Part shown: piece after piece, positions 1 to 10,017 of the stretch
Layout of the letters: each line of letters begins with the position of its first letter
Position numbering within the stretch: position 1 is the first letter of the stretch
NCBI GenBank assembly: GCA_965208615.1
Contig: CBDBPB010000001.1
Location: forward strand, 352,001-416,000
Direction of reading: 5' to 3'
From: Spirochaetota bacterium
GTDB lineage: Bacteria > Spirochaetota > UBA6919 > CBDBPB01
DNA: 64,000 bases
Program-made: the position numbers and the translations under genes
Notes under the pieces: model-generated
Told to the model about the DNA's origin: nothing
The model's input: only the letters and a program-made list of their open reading frames with translations
Databases searched by the model: none

Positions 1-2410
1 AAGCCGCAATACATACAGGTGGAGTGATATTAGAATCTTGACTAAACCAATAAACAATCATATGAGCCGCTATTAAACTAACTCCAAGCTCATCAAAAAC
101 AGGTGCCACTAATACAATGGTAATCATATATGCCGCAGTAACAGGTACACCCATGCCAAGAACTAATGATGCCAATGCCACCATAATAATATTAGCGAAA
201 ATATTCTTACCAGCAAAATCTAAAAGAATGTTAGAAAAACGACTTGCCAAACCAGTTAACTCAACCGATCCAATAATAACCCCAATAGCTCCTACAGTAG
301 CTCCAATAACCAAAGTCTGCTTAGCACCAAGAGTAGTGGCATTCCATATCTCATGACCTATAGACTTAAGCATATCCCATATTTTTTTCATATTGGTCTT
401 ATTAATCAAAACCCTAGACTTATCAATAAAAAAGGTTAAAACAACTAAGAAAAATACAGGCACTATAATATAATATCCAGGATGAGCATCATATATAGCC
501 TTAACATAAACATTAAGAGGTCCAGTTAAAGCAATAAGATAAATCACTAAATCTAATACCATCTTAACAGGAATAAGAAATAGTACTATACTACTCCACT
601 TATTACCCTGCTTAATAGACCTGTTAGCCAAACTAATTATAATACAAGTCATAATACCCCAAAAAGCAGCATTACCAGCAGAAAACTGTTCTACCATCAT
701 CCAGGTAATAACAAGAAGGGGTAACATCATAAACCATTGCTCTTTCATAAGCTTTTTTATACTAGGGACCTCTTCCTTAGGTAAACCCTTTAGATCGTAT
801 TTCTTAGCCTCAAAATGAATCATGGTAAAAACACCCCAAATATACATAAGCGCCGGTAATATGGCTACCGCCATAATATAAGAATATGGCTCCTCAGTTA
901 ACTCAGCCATCAAAAACCCTCCAGCACCCATAACAGGAGGTAAAAACATACCAGCAATAGATGCAGATGGCTCAATTGCTCCAGCTACATGAGGTCTAAA
1001 TCCTGCCTTTTTCATAAGAGGGATAGTAAATACTCCAGTGGATACTGTATTAGCTATTGCACTACCAGAAATAGAGCCAAATAATGCAGATGCTAAAACC
1101 GATACTTTTGCTGGTCCACCAATAGCCCTACCAGCACTAGCCATAGCAAAATCAACAAAAAACTGTGTTGCTCCGGATAGCTTTAAAAATGCTCCAAAGA
1201 AAATGAAAAGTATAACATAAGTCGCTAATACATTTGCCATAGTACCAAATACGCCAATGGTGTGTATAAATAACTTAACCGAAATCTGCTTAACAGAAGA
1301 ACCCGCATGTGCAAAACTCTCAAGAGGAATAAAAGTCCCTATCCCAAACTCAGCTAAAAAAAGACCAAAATATGCATAAACAAGAAATGTATAACCTATA
1401 ATCGCTAATGGCCTTCCAAGTACACGCCGTGCTACCTCAAGGGATACTAAAATACCAATAGCTCCAATTAAAAAGTCTATGTCATTCTCACCGCCAGACC
1501 GTAAGTTTAAATCAGTAAAATTACTTATGTAATAAAGCACGGTTACTATACTGGCTGTGAAAAATATAAGATCAGATACACCAGGTATCTCCAACTTTTT
1601 TGTCCAAAACGGTAAGTATGGCTTTACAAATATGTATATCAAAAATACTAATCCGCCCACTGTAGTTAGCCAACCTAAAGCCTTTTGCAGAGTGCCTAAC
1701 CCTATATTAAACCCTAAAAAGTTAATAGCCTCATTAAGATATTTAGCGTTTACCTTATCACCCAAAGTTATTAACTCAGAAAACTGATATATCCAATATC
1801 CACCCAACAGCACAGTCAATAATAAAAAAGCTATGTTAACATAAAGCGGTAAAGATAGATCTTTCTCCCTTTGGTGAAAGATGTTAACCACAAAAGTAAA
1901 TAAATAAAATATGAAAAATGCACCCACAAGATAATAAGTCATATATCCTAAATCAGCCTTTGCCTCAATATCACTAATAGCAAAGTTATTGAGTATCCAC
2001 AAAAACAAAAGCCCAAAAGGCGCTAATGTAAAAATAGCATAGTAATTAGATGAATACTTTGGCTTCTCTCCCATACGCATGAATGGAAATAAAATAAATA
2101 TAAGCATAAATGTAATAAGTACGTAAGTACCACGATGGAATTGAGGCTGTAATAATCTATCAAAAAAAGAACTTATAGGACCTAACCACGACTTTAAACC
2201 AGGACTAAGCTTTATAATATAGGTAAGACCATCAGATATATTAGCCCAAATATAACCCGCACTAGCAACATAATAAGTTACCATAACCGCACTTAATATT
2301 AAAACTATATACCTCCAATACCTACCAACAGACCTCTCTTTGGCTGAGTCCTTCTTTAAAAGCTCATCCGCTTTTTTCTTTATACCACTATCATTAGCAT
2401 CTTTATCCAT
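1..2410 (-). CDS. TRAP transporter 4TM/12TM fusion permease (3' end runs off the window start)
   Basis: Not in the ORF track because its stop lies outside the window. Minus-strand ATG at 2410 (MDKDANDSGIKKKADELLKK...). Hydrophobic, with motifs SGSAIANTVSTGVFTIP, LPPVMGAGGFLMAE and LGMGVPVTAAY. Lies downstream of a TAXI receptor. Confidence 0.9.
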   Translation of the reverse strand, partial: MDKDANDSGIKKKADELLKKDSAKERSVGRYWRYIVLILSAVMVTYYVASAGYIWANISDGLTYIIKLSPGLKSWLGPISSFFDRLLQPQFHRGTYVLITFMLIFILFPFMRMGEKPKYSSNYYAIFTLAPFGLLFLWILNNFAISDIEAKADLGYMTYYLVGAFFIFYLFTFVVNIFHQREKDLSLPLYVNIAFLLLTVLLGGYWIYQFSELITLGDKVNAKYLNEAINFLGFNIGLGTLQKALGWLTTVGGLVFLIYIFVKPYLPFWTKKLEIPGVSDLIFFTASIVTVLYYISNFTDLNLRSGGENDIDFLIGAIGILVSLEVARRVLGRPLAIIGYTFLVYAYFGLFLAEFGIGTFIPLESFAHAGSSVKQISVKLFIHTIGVFGTMANVLATYVILFIFFGAFLKLSGATQFFVDFAMASAGRAIGGPAKVSVLASALFGSISGSAIANTVSTGVFTIPLMKKAGFRPHVAGAIEPSASIAGMFLPPVMGAGGFLMAELTEEPYSYIMAVAILPALMYIWGVFTMIHFEAKKYDLKGLPKEEVPSIKKLMKEQWFMMLPLLVITWMMVEQFSAGNAAFWGIMTCIIISLANRSIKQGNKWSSIVLFLIPVKMVLDLVIYLIALTGPLNVYVKAIYDAHPGYYIIVPVFFLVVLTFFIDKSRVLINKTNMKKIWDMLKSIGHEIWNATTLGAKQTLVIGATVGAIGVIIGSVELTGLASRFSNILLDFAGKNIFANIIMVALASLVLGMGVPVTAAYMITIVLVAPVFDELGVSLIAAHMIVYWFSQDSNITPPVCIAA

Positions 2411-2662
2411 CTTATTTTCCTTGTTAAAAATTAATTCTCCTTATTGCTACACTATATAAAACTATAAACAAGTATCACATACTGCTTAGCAAAGACAAAA
2501 GTATCATACAAACATACACAACATATAGATAAATGTCAATAAATAAATTGTTGAATAAAAGAATATGCTTTTTAATCGAGAATATATTTGAAAGATAGAG
2601 CTATTAAGAGTTCTAATGATTTAGAAGGAAGGTTTATATAAATAGAATAAAGAAAGAAAAAC

Positions 2663-2696
2663 TCTTATGTTATAAGCCTAAACCTATAACATAAGA
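2663..2696 (-). terminator. Stem-loop between TAXI and permease genes
   Basis: 12-bp perfect inverted repeat TCTTATGTTATA / TATAACATAAGA, followed by a U-rich run on the minus strand. Confidence 0.65.
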
Positions 2697-2707
2697 AGTA
2701 TAGGAAA

Positions 2708-3742
2708 TTAGTTAGACTTAATATTATCAGAAATCTTTAAGCCATTCTCTTTCCAAAACTTTTCAGCTCCTTTATGTAAAGGAGTTACTACACCAGTAAC
2801 ACCATTCTTAACAGTGGTTTGCTTAGCAGTCTTCTTAAGACTTATAAGATAAGCTAAACCCTCTTTTGTAAATATAGCTTTCATAGTATTATAAACAAGA
2901 TCAGGATCAACATCCTTATTAGCTACCCATAATGCAGAGTCAAAGAAAGAATTGGTATCACTATCAATACCCTTATACTTTCCCTTAAGATCAGCAGCAG
3001 GAATAGTCATTTGTGTGTAATATGGATGATTCTTAAAGAGTCCCTTTTCTTTACCAAGTGAGGCAACATCCAATAAAGTTATCTCTTTACTGTTAGAGAG
3101 CTCAATTAAAGCTGACGTCGGATAACCAGCTAATATCCACATTGCATCCAACTTTCCATCCTTAATAGCATTAGCGGCTTTTGTATACCCAAGGTTAGAA
3201 CTTTTTACCTTGTCCCAAAGACCAACACTAGTAAAATATCGCTCAGCTGCTGCTGCTGCACCAGAACCAGGACCACCCATATCAACTCTTTTACCTTCTA
3301 AATCATTAACACTCTTAATAGCTCCACCTTTTAAAACCGCTAATTGTGCAGGTGCTTTGTAAAGGAATGCAACAACTCGTACATTAGGATACTTTTTAGT
3401 ATCACCAGTAAGCCTTCCATTACGAGCTAAATATGTATCTCCAGAATAGGAAATACCAAAATGTGCAGCACCACTGTTTACCTTTCTAATGTTCTCTACC
3501 GAACCTTCCGATGACTCATTAGATAAACTAACACCATCAACATTCTTAGTTGTATATTGAGATATACCAGAAGCAAAAAATCTAAAGGTACCACCAGTAG
3601 GGCCACCACTAAACTTTAAAAAGGACTTCTTAGCTTCTGACTTACCATCCGCTTTCTTAGCCTTTGCCTTACATCCAGCAAAAGCAAATGTCATAGCCAT
3701 GATTACTATAAAAGCAATCATAAACGAGCTTTTCTTAAACAT
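2708..3742 (-). CDS. TAXI-family TRAP solute-binding lipoprotein
   Basis: Lipobox FAGC; motifs GGPTGGTF, SEGSVENI, GGPGSG and PLHKGA. Confidence 0.9.
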   Translation of the reverse strand: MFKKSSFMIAFIVIMAMTFAFAGCKAKAKKADGKSEAKKSFLKFSGGPTGGTFRFFASGISQYTTKNVDGVSLSNESSEGSVENIRKVNSGAAHFGISYSGDTYLARNGRLTGDTKKYPNVRVVAFLYKAPAQLAVLKGGAIKSVNDLEGKRVDMGGPGSGAAAAAERYFTSVGLWDKVKSSNLGYTKAANAIKDGKLDAMWILAGYPTSALIELSNSKEITLLDVASLGKEKGLFKNHPYYTQMTIPAADLKGKYKGIDSDTNSFFDSALWVANKDVDPDLVYNTMKAIFTKEGLAYLISLKKTAKQTTVKNGVTGVVTPLHKGAEKFWKENGLKISDNIKSN

Positions 3743-3890
3743 AAATTATCTCCTTAACTACTTTATTTAAAGTTAATAGTAAATATATAAAATTATAAAA
3801 TATAGTATACCGTATATTTTTTTTATTATATTTTATTTGCTTAATTTAAAATTAACTATTATACCATTACCTAAAAAATGTTAATCCCTA

Positions 3891-4112
3891 TTCCAAAGCT
3901 ATAAACACTCCTAATCCCAAAGACCAATACCCTTAAAATATTGCTCTTCAACTACTGAACCAGAACCACCCATATCAACTCTTTTTCCTTCTAAGCCCTT
4001 AACAGCCTTAATATCTCCTTCTTTTAAAACTGCTAACCGTGCAGGACCTTATAAAGAAAAGCAAGAACTCGTATATTTAGGATATTTTTGCTATCACTAG
4101 TAAGTCTTCCAT
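3891..4112 (-). pseudogene. Decayed partial paralog of the adjacent TAXI gene
   Basis: Aligns by eye to about 3190-3420 (e.g. CCACCCATATCAACTCTTTT shared), with frameshifts and stops. Confidence 0.8.
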
Positions 4113-4254
4113 ATTATACTTAACTTTGATCTTTAAAAAAATACAGTAATAAAAGCTAAATAAAGTATAAAAAATGTTTTAATAACATCTAATAGATGGT
4201 TATCTTTTTAACAAAAGTTAATAAAATCTTTCTATAAATAATTAAGAGTATATT

Positions 4255-4635
4255 ATGCTAAAACTTATAATTGTTATTATACTCTTTACCCTTAATAACC
4301 CTATATTCGCCTTACGATCAGTTAAAGAGGGTAATTTGCTGGTGTTTTATAATCCTAAGAACCTAAAAGTTAAAGCTTATTATATTCGCGGAAATAAAGT
4401 AGTTTATGTAATAAGATATTATTACAATAGTAAAAATTTATGTATTAGAAAAGAAAATTGGTATAAAAATACCTTGCTATCCTACTATAACTATACCTAT
4501 CACAAAAATAAAAAATTAAAACAAAAAAAATACTTTCATAATCGTAGGCTTAAATACATTACTGTCTATAATAAAGAAGGTAAAATAATTATGTACAAAA
4601 CGTTTTCTAAAAAGAAGAAGAATAAAAAAAAGTAA
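4255..4635 (+). CDS. Hypothetical secreted basic protein with Tyr-rich beta-hairpin (MORN-like) repeats
   Basis: 126-aa ORF with signal peptide and repeats such as YYYNSKN, YTYHKNKKL and VYNKEGKI. Confidence 0.6.
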   Translation: MLKLIIVIILFTLNNPIFALRSVKEGNLLVFYNPKNLKVKAYYIRGNKVVYVIRYYYNSKNLCIRKENWYKNTLLSYYNYTYHKNKKLKQKKYFHNRRLKYITVYNKEGKIIMYKTFSKKKKNKKK

Positions 4636-4641
4636 TACAAA

Positions 4642-4845
4642 CTATTCTGACGGATCAAGTCTTCTAACAATAGCATTATTATCAGTTACTTCATATCTTA
4701 TACAGTCATAACCCCATACAACTCCATTTTCTACCTCAACAAGATAAATACCTCTTATTGCCAAAGGATTACATTTTTGTAAATCTCCATCAATCTCACA
4801 CTGAATTATACCATGAGATTTAGTTATAATTTTTTTAATACCCAT
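4642..4845 (-). CDS. Small hypothetical protein
   Basis: 67-aa ORF with AAGGG upstream. Confidence 0.55.
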   Translation of the reverse strand: MGIKKIITKSHGIIQCEIDGDLQKCNPLAIRGIYLVEVENGVVWGYDCIRYEVTDNNAIVRRLDPSE

Positions 4846-5001
4846 AATTACAGCCCTTCTTAACTAAGATAAATACCAATAACTATACTATTATGGTATA
4901 CGCTATTAAATCATGATAGCTTAAAATTACTGGATAAATACCTATCTTTACTTTTATTAAACTTAATTTATTCTAACTACAGTAAATAAACAAAAATAAG
5001 C

Positions 5002-5424
5002 TTATTTAACTATTTCAACCTCACTAAAAAAGAATGCAATTTCTTTTTTAGCATTCTCAAGTGAATCGGAACCATGAACAGCATTAGCTTCAACATTAGT
5101 ACCATAAAGACTTCTTATAGTCCCTTCATCAGCCTCATCAGGGTTAGTAGCTCCCATAAGCTTACGATTACTTAATACAGCATTTTCCTTCTCAAGAACC
5201 TGTACAATACAAGATCCAGATGTCATAAACTCAACAAGACTATTAAAAAATGGCCTTTCTTTGTGTACGGCATAAAAATCTTGTGCTTGTTTAATAGTGA
5301 GATTTAGCTTTTTTTGTCCTATTATATTAAAGTTGTTGTTCTCAAACATAGATATAATTTTACCAGATAGCCTATTCTTAACAACTTCTGGCTTAATAAT
5401 CGATAGAGTCCTTTCAATAGCCAT
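5002..5424 (-). CDS. ndk: Nucleoside diphosphate kinase
   Basis: ERTLSIIKP, GATNP and NAVHGSDS motifs; start moved to MAIERT at 5424. Confidence 0.96.
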   Translation of the reverse strand: MAIERTLSIIKPEVVKNRLSGKIISMFENNNFNIIGQKKLNLTIKQAQDFYAVHKERPFFNSLVEFMTSGSCIVQVLEKENAVLSNRKLMGATNPDEADEGTIRSLYGTNVEANAVHGSDSLENAKKEIAFFFSEVEIVK

Positions 5425-5697
5425 AAATATATATTTACCTTTAAGTTTTTTTTCACTAAACACAATACTAAAAAAAACTGCTTAAGTCAATTTTTAAACT
5501 TTTCTTTTTCTAAAAAGTTTTAGTGGCTAATAAATTAAGACCATTGAATAAAAAAATACGCCCTATTGGAACCAGTAATAATTAAAAAGCGTTACTTCTT
5601 AATGTAATTGTTTTTTGACTATTAATAAAGTCTTATAATAACGCCATTTAACCTAAGCTATATATTTTATAAATAAATCTTTTTTGGAGGAAAACTA

Positions 5698-6123
5698 ATG
5701 CCTACTTTTGTTAAAATGGATAAGTGTGACGGCTGTAAGGGGCAAGACAAAACTGCATGTATGTATATTTGTCCTAACGACCTTATGACACTAAACAAAG
5801 ATATCATGAAAGGGATTAATCAAGAACCAGAACAATGTTGGGAGTGTTATAGCTGTGTAAAGATTTGTCCTCAACAAGCCATAGAGGCAAGACACTATGC
5901 TGACTTTGCTCCTCTTGGTGGTGCTACTATCCCGTTAAGGGGTACTGACTCTATTATGTGGACTATTAAGTTCCGCAATGGTACTACAAAGCGATTTAAG
6001 TTCCCTATAAGAACAACGCCAGAAGGTTCTATAAAACCATACGAAGGTAGAACTGAACCTGATAATATCGATGATCAAAAACTTTTTACCGAAACAGGAC
6101 AAAGTATACCCAGCTTAAATTAA
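5698..6123 (+). CDS. aprB: Adenylylsulfate reductase beta subunit
   Basis: Two 4Fe-4S motif sets (CDGC...CMYICP, CWECYSCVKICP), RFKFPIRTTPEGSI, GGAGG RBS. Confidence 0.97.
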   Translation: MPTFVKMDKCDGCKGQDKTACMYICPNDLMTLNKDIMKGINQEPEQCWECYSCVKICPQQAIEARHYADFAPLGGATIPLRGTDSIMWTIKFRNGTTKRFKFPIRTTPEGSIKPYEGRTEPDNIDDQKLFTETGQSIPSLN

Positions 6124-6270
6124 TTTATTAATTACTATGTAGAGTAGCTATAATGGATGACATCAACCACAATATTAAAAATATTATATTGTTGACCCTT
6201 TAAAGTTTATTATGTTGGTTTAAATTTGCATAAAATAACATTATAATCAAGTTTCTTAGGAAAAAAGAAA

Positions 6271-6411
6271 ATGCCTACTTTTGTTAAAATGGATAAGTGC
6301 AATAATTGTGTAAAGATTTTTCCTCAACAAGCTATTGAGGGACGTCATTATGCTGACTTTAGTCACATTGGTGGTTCTGTTGTTCCATTACAAGAGAGTA
6401 ACTCTATATAG
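6271..6411 (+). pseudogene. Internally deleted 46-codon mini copy of aprB
   Basis: MPTFVKMDKCNNCVKIFPQQAIEGRHYADFSHIGGSVVPLQESNSI*; first 29 nt identical to aprB. Confidence 0.85.
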
Positions 6412-6447
6412 ATAGTTAAAATTACTAATATTTAGGAGATAAATAAA

Positions 6448-8391
6448 ATGGCATATGATCCAAATATGAATTCAGACAAATACAAAGACGTAAAAATTGA
6501 AGAGCACGATACTGACATACTACTTATTGGTGGTGGTATGGCTTGTTGTGGTGCTGCTTTTGAGGCTAAGCGATGGGCAGATAAGGTCGGTGGGGATATT
6601 AAAATAACTCTCGTTGATAAAGCCGCTATGGATAGAAGTGGAGCCGTTGCTCAAGGACTATCTGCTATAAACACATTCTTAGGGGATAACTCTCCTGAAG
6701 ACTACGCCAGAATGGTAGCAAACGACCTTATGGGTATTACAAGGGATGACCTTTGTTATGACGTTGGACGCCATGTTGATGGTACTGTTCACATGTTTGA
6801 AGACTGGGGATTGCCTTTCTATAAAAAAGAAGGGGATGAAGGTAAAAAAATGAGTGAGGGTGCTAAACCTGTTCGATCTGGTAAGTGGCAGGTTATGATC
6901 CACGGTGAGTCTTATAAGGTTATTGTTGCTGAGGCCGCTAAAGCCGCTCTTGGAATGGAGAACATACACGAAAGAGTTTTTATTGTTAAGCTTTTACTCG
7001 ATAACAATGAGCCTAATAGAATTGCTGGTGCTGTTGGTTTTAGCGTTAGAGAGCATAAAATATATGTATTTAGGTGTAAGGCTGCGTTAATTGCATGTGG
7101 TGGAGCTGTTAATGTATTTAGACCAAGGTCTACTGGCGAGGGTATGGGACGTGCATGGTATGCTGTATGGAATGCTGGTTCTACATATACTATGTCGGCT
7201 ATGATTGGTGCTGAAATGACCATGATGGAAAATAGATTCGTACCTGCAAGATTTAAAGACGGATATGGTCCTGTTGGTGCATGGTTTCTTTTATTCAAGT
7301 CTAAGGCTACTAACGCATTAGGCGAAGTTTATATGGATACCAATAAAGAAATGTTAAAAGACTATCCTCCTTATGGACTGGCTCCTGTTCCTGCAAGCTG
7401 TCTTAGAAATCACCTTATGATGAAGGAGATGAATGAAGGACGGGGTCCAATATGGATGGATACTCCTACTGCTATGGCTGAACTTGCTAAGACCATGGAT
7501 AAAAAACAAATTAAGCATCTTGAGGCTGAGGCATGGGAAGACTTTCTTGATATGACCATTGGTCAAGCTGGATTATGGGCTTGTATGAACATTGCTCCTG
7601 AGAAAAATCCATCTGAGTTAATGCCTACTGAACCTTATCTTTTGGGTTCTCATTCTGGTTGTTCTGGACTATGGGTTTGTGGGCCTGAAGATGTTGCTCC
7701 AAAAGAATGGACATGGGACTACAAAGGCATTATATATAATAGAATGACCACTGTTAACGGACTTTTTACTGCTGGTGATGGCGTTGGTGCTTCTGGACAT
7801 AAGTTCTCATCTGGTTCTTTTACTGAAGGACGTATTGCCGGTAAACAATTAATTAGGTTTGTAAAAAATAACTCTGACTTTAAACCAACTCTTAAGGATA
7901 ATGCCCAAGAGCTTGCTAACCAGATATATCTTCCATTCAAGAATTATGAAGATAGTAAAGGCCTTACCTCTGATCCCGACATTAACCCTAACTACATTAA
8001 GCCAAAGATGTATCAAATGAGGCTTATGAAGATTATGGATGAATATGTTGCTGGTACTGGTACTATGTATATCACATCCAAGACCATGTTAGAAAGAGGA
8101 TTAGAGCTTCTTGATATGCTTAAAGAGGATGGACTTAAATTAGCCGCATCTGACTTACATGAGCTTATGAGAGCATGGGAAAACTATCACCGCCTTTGGA
8201 CTGCTGAAGCTCACTTAAGACATATCCTATTTAGACAAGAAACAAGATATCCTGGATTCTATTACAGAAAAGACTTCCCTAAGGTAGATGAAGACAACTG
8301 GAAGGCTTTTGTTAACTCTAAGTATGATCCAGCCACTGAAAAGTGGGAAATGAAAAAAGTTCCTCATATTGATGTGATCCCTAAAAATTAA
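6448..8391 (+). CDS. aprA: Adenylylsulfate reductase alpha subunit
   Basis: GGGMACCG FAD motif, RSGAVAQGLSAIN, WQVMIHGESYK, GHKFSSGS; follows aprB. Confidence 0.97.
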   Translation: MAYDPNMNSDKYKDVKIEEHDTDILLIGGGMACCGAAFEAKRWADKVGGDIKITLVDKAAMDRSGAVAQGLSAINTFLGDNSPEDYARMVANDLMGITRDDLCYDVGRHVDGTVHMFEDWGLPFYKKEGDEGKKMSEGAKPVRSGKWQVMIHGESYKVIVAEAAKAALGMENIHERVFIVKLLLDNNEPNRIAGAVGFSVREHKIYVFRCKAALIACGGAVNVFRPRSTGEGMGRAWYAVWNAGSTYTMSAMIGAEMTMMENRFVPARFKDGYGPVGAWFLLFKSKATNALGEVYMDTNKEMLKDYPPYGLAPVPASCLRNHLMMKEMNEGRGPIWMDTPTAMAELAKTMDKKQIKHLEAEAWEDFLDMTIGQAGLWACMNIAPEKNPSELMPTEPYLLGSHSGCSGLWVCGPEDVAPKEWTWDYKGIIYNRMTTVNGLFTAGDGVGASGHKFSSGSFTEGRIAGKQLIRFVKNNSDFKPTLKDNAQELANQIYLPFKNYEDSKGLTSDPDINPNYIKPKMYQMRLMKIMDEYVAGTGTMYITSKTMLERGLELLDMLKEDGLKLAASDLHELMRAWENYHRLWTAEAHLRHILFRQETRYPGFYYRKDFPKVDEDNWKAFVNSKYDPATEKWEMKKVPHIDVIPKN

Positions 8392-8417
8392 GGATTAAAC
8401 ATAAACCATTATCTATT

Positions 8418-8443
8418 GCCCCTGTTTATACAGGGGCTTTTTT
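8418..8443 (+). terminator. Rho-independent terminator of aprBA
   Basis: GCCCCTG-tttata-CAGGGGC followed by T6. Confidence 0.85.
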
Positions 8444-8571
8444 ATTTATTAGTTTATCTTATTAGTCAAAAACAAAAAGTTATATTCTTAATAAAAAAAA
8501 CTGATCCAAACTATTATGTGTTCATATTAAAAATAGACTATATATTAAAAATTAACTATAAAGGAATAATT

Positions 8572-10017
8572 ATGGACCACGTAAGACGAACTAAAATAAT
8601 AGCTACTATTGGCCCCGTGTCAAACAATAAAGAAACCTTAACTAAACTAATCAATGAAGGTGCTAATTACTTTCGTCTTAACTTCTCACACAGCAATAAA
8701 GATGAACATCTAAAAAGTATCAAACTTATAAGGACTTTAGAAAAAGAAAAGTCTAAACCCATTGGAATATTAGGTGATCTACAAGGTCCTAAAATTAGAG
8801 TTGGAAAGATCGAAAACGGATATATTAACCTAAAAGAAAAAGATAATATCATAATCACCACCCGTCAGATTATGGGCAATCAAAATGAAATTAGCACTTG
8901 TTATCATAATCTCCCTTTGGATGTTAAAAGTGGTAATAAACTACTACTGGATGATGGTCTTATAAGTCTTTTGGTAAAGTCTGTGGATATAAAACAAGGT
9001 AATATTTATTGCGAGGTAATATATGGTGGTAAGCTTAAGTCTAATAAGGGAATTAATCTCCCAGATATTGATATTTCTGCTCCCTCTCTAACTAATCACG
9101 ATATCGAAAGCGTTATATTTGCCCTTGAGCATAATGTTGATTATATTGCCCTATCCTTTGTAAGACACCCAAAAGACATACTGCAACTTAAAAAGCTAAT
9201 TAAGGACTACGGTAAACAAACCCCTGTAATAGCCAAAATAGAAAGAAAAGAAGCCCTTGAACAAATCGACAATATTATAGACATAACAGACGGCCTTATG
9301 GTTGCAAGAGGTGATCTTGGTGTAGAGATGGGTATACAAAAAGTCCCACTACTCCAAAAAGAAATTATTAGAAAATGTAATATATTGGGTAAGCCTGTTA
9401 TCACTGCTACTCAAATGTTGGAGTCTATGATAAATAACCCTAAACCAACTAGAGCAGAAGTATCCGACGTTGCTAATGCCATATTAGACGGTACAGATAC
9501 AGTTATGTTATCAGGTGAGACAGCTGTAGGGAACTATCCTGAAAAAGCAGTAAGGGAAATGGCCTTAATTAGTACTGAAATAGAACTAACATCACAAATC
9601 TTATATAATAGACGCCATGGAATGGATAAATATGTCGATAACGATATTGAAGAATCTATTAGCCAATCCACATGCGATATTGCTAATAGTCTAAAGGCCA
9701 AAACCATATTAGCATGGACTCAAAACGGTGAAGCAATACGATTATTAAGTAAATATCACCCAGTATGCCCCATAATAAGCCTAACAGATGATAATATTAT
9801 AAGCAGACAAGTACAACTATCATGGGGAGTTATATCTTTAGTAATACCCTCTAACCTCTATGATAAAAAAAACTTTAACTCATTACTTGACTATCTAGTT
9901 GATAAAAAGCTTTTATGTCCATCTGATCTAACCGTCATCACCGGAATAGAAGATAAAAATAGCAATATTAAAAAAATAAAGGATAAGATTAACTCCCTAA
10001 AAGTACAAAGAGTATAA
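8572..10017 (+). CDS. pyk: Pyruvate kinase
   Basis: RRTKIIATIGP, DLQGPKIR, MVARGDLGVE and TQMLESM motifs; start moved to 8572 after AAGGA. Confidence 0.96.
   Translation: MDHVRRTKIIATIGPVSNNKETLTKLINEGANYFRLNFSHSNKDEHLKSIKLIRTLEKEKSKPIGILGDLQGPKIRVGKIENGYINLKEKDNIIITTRQIMGNQNEISTCYHNLPLDVKSGNKLLLDDGLISLLVKSVDIKQGNIYCEVIYGGKLKSNKGINLPDIDISAPSLTNHDIESVIFALEHNVDYIALSFVRHPKDILQLKKLIKDYGKQTPVIAKIERKEALEQIDNIIDITDGLMVARGDLGVEMGIQKVPLLQKEIIRKCNILGKPVITATQMLESMINNPKPTRAEVSDVANAILDGTDTVMLSGETAVGNYPEKAVREMALISTEIELTSQILYNRRHGMDKYVDNDIEESISQSTCDIANSLKAKTILAWTQNGEAIRLLSKYHPVCPIISLTDDNIISRQVQLSWGVISLVIPSNLYDKKNFNSLLDYLVDKKLLCPSDLTVITGIEDKNSNIKKIKDKINSLKVQRV

Noticed and set aside
117-1787. Short plus-strand ORFs here and other short antisense or alternate-frame ORFs across the window
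   Set aside because: They are shadows of well-supported genes (TRAP permease, aprA, aldB, rtcB and others) with no independent motifs.
5608-5640. Sigma70 promoter for aprB (TTGACT...TATAAT)
   Set aside because: The spacer is only 13 nt, too short to call.
3891-6411. TAXI and aprB relics as diversity-generating retroelement template repeats
   Set aside because: Mismatches are not confined to adenines, indels are present, and there is no reverse transcriptase in the window.
8416-8571. N-terminal extension of pyruvate kinase
   Set aside because: It overlaps the aprA terminator, and a better start with RBS lies at 8572.
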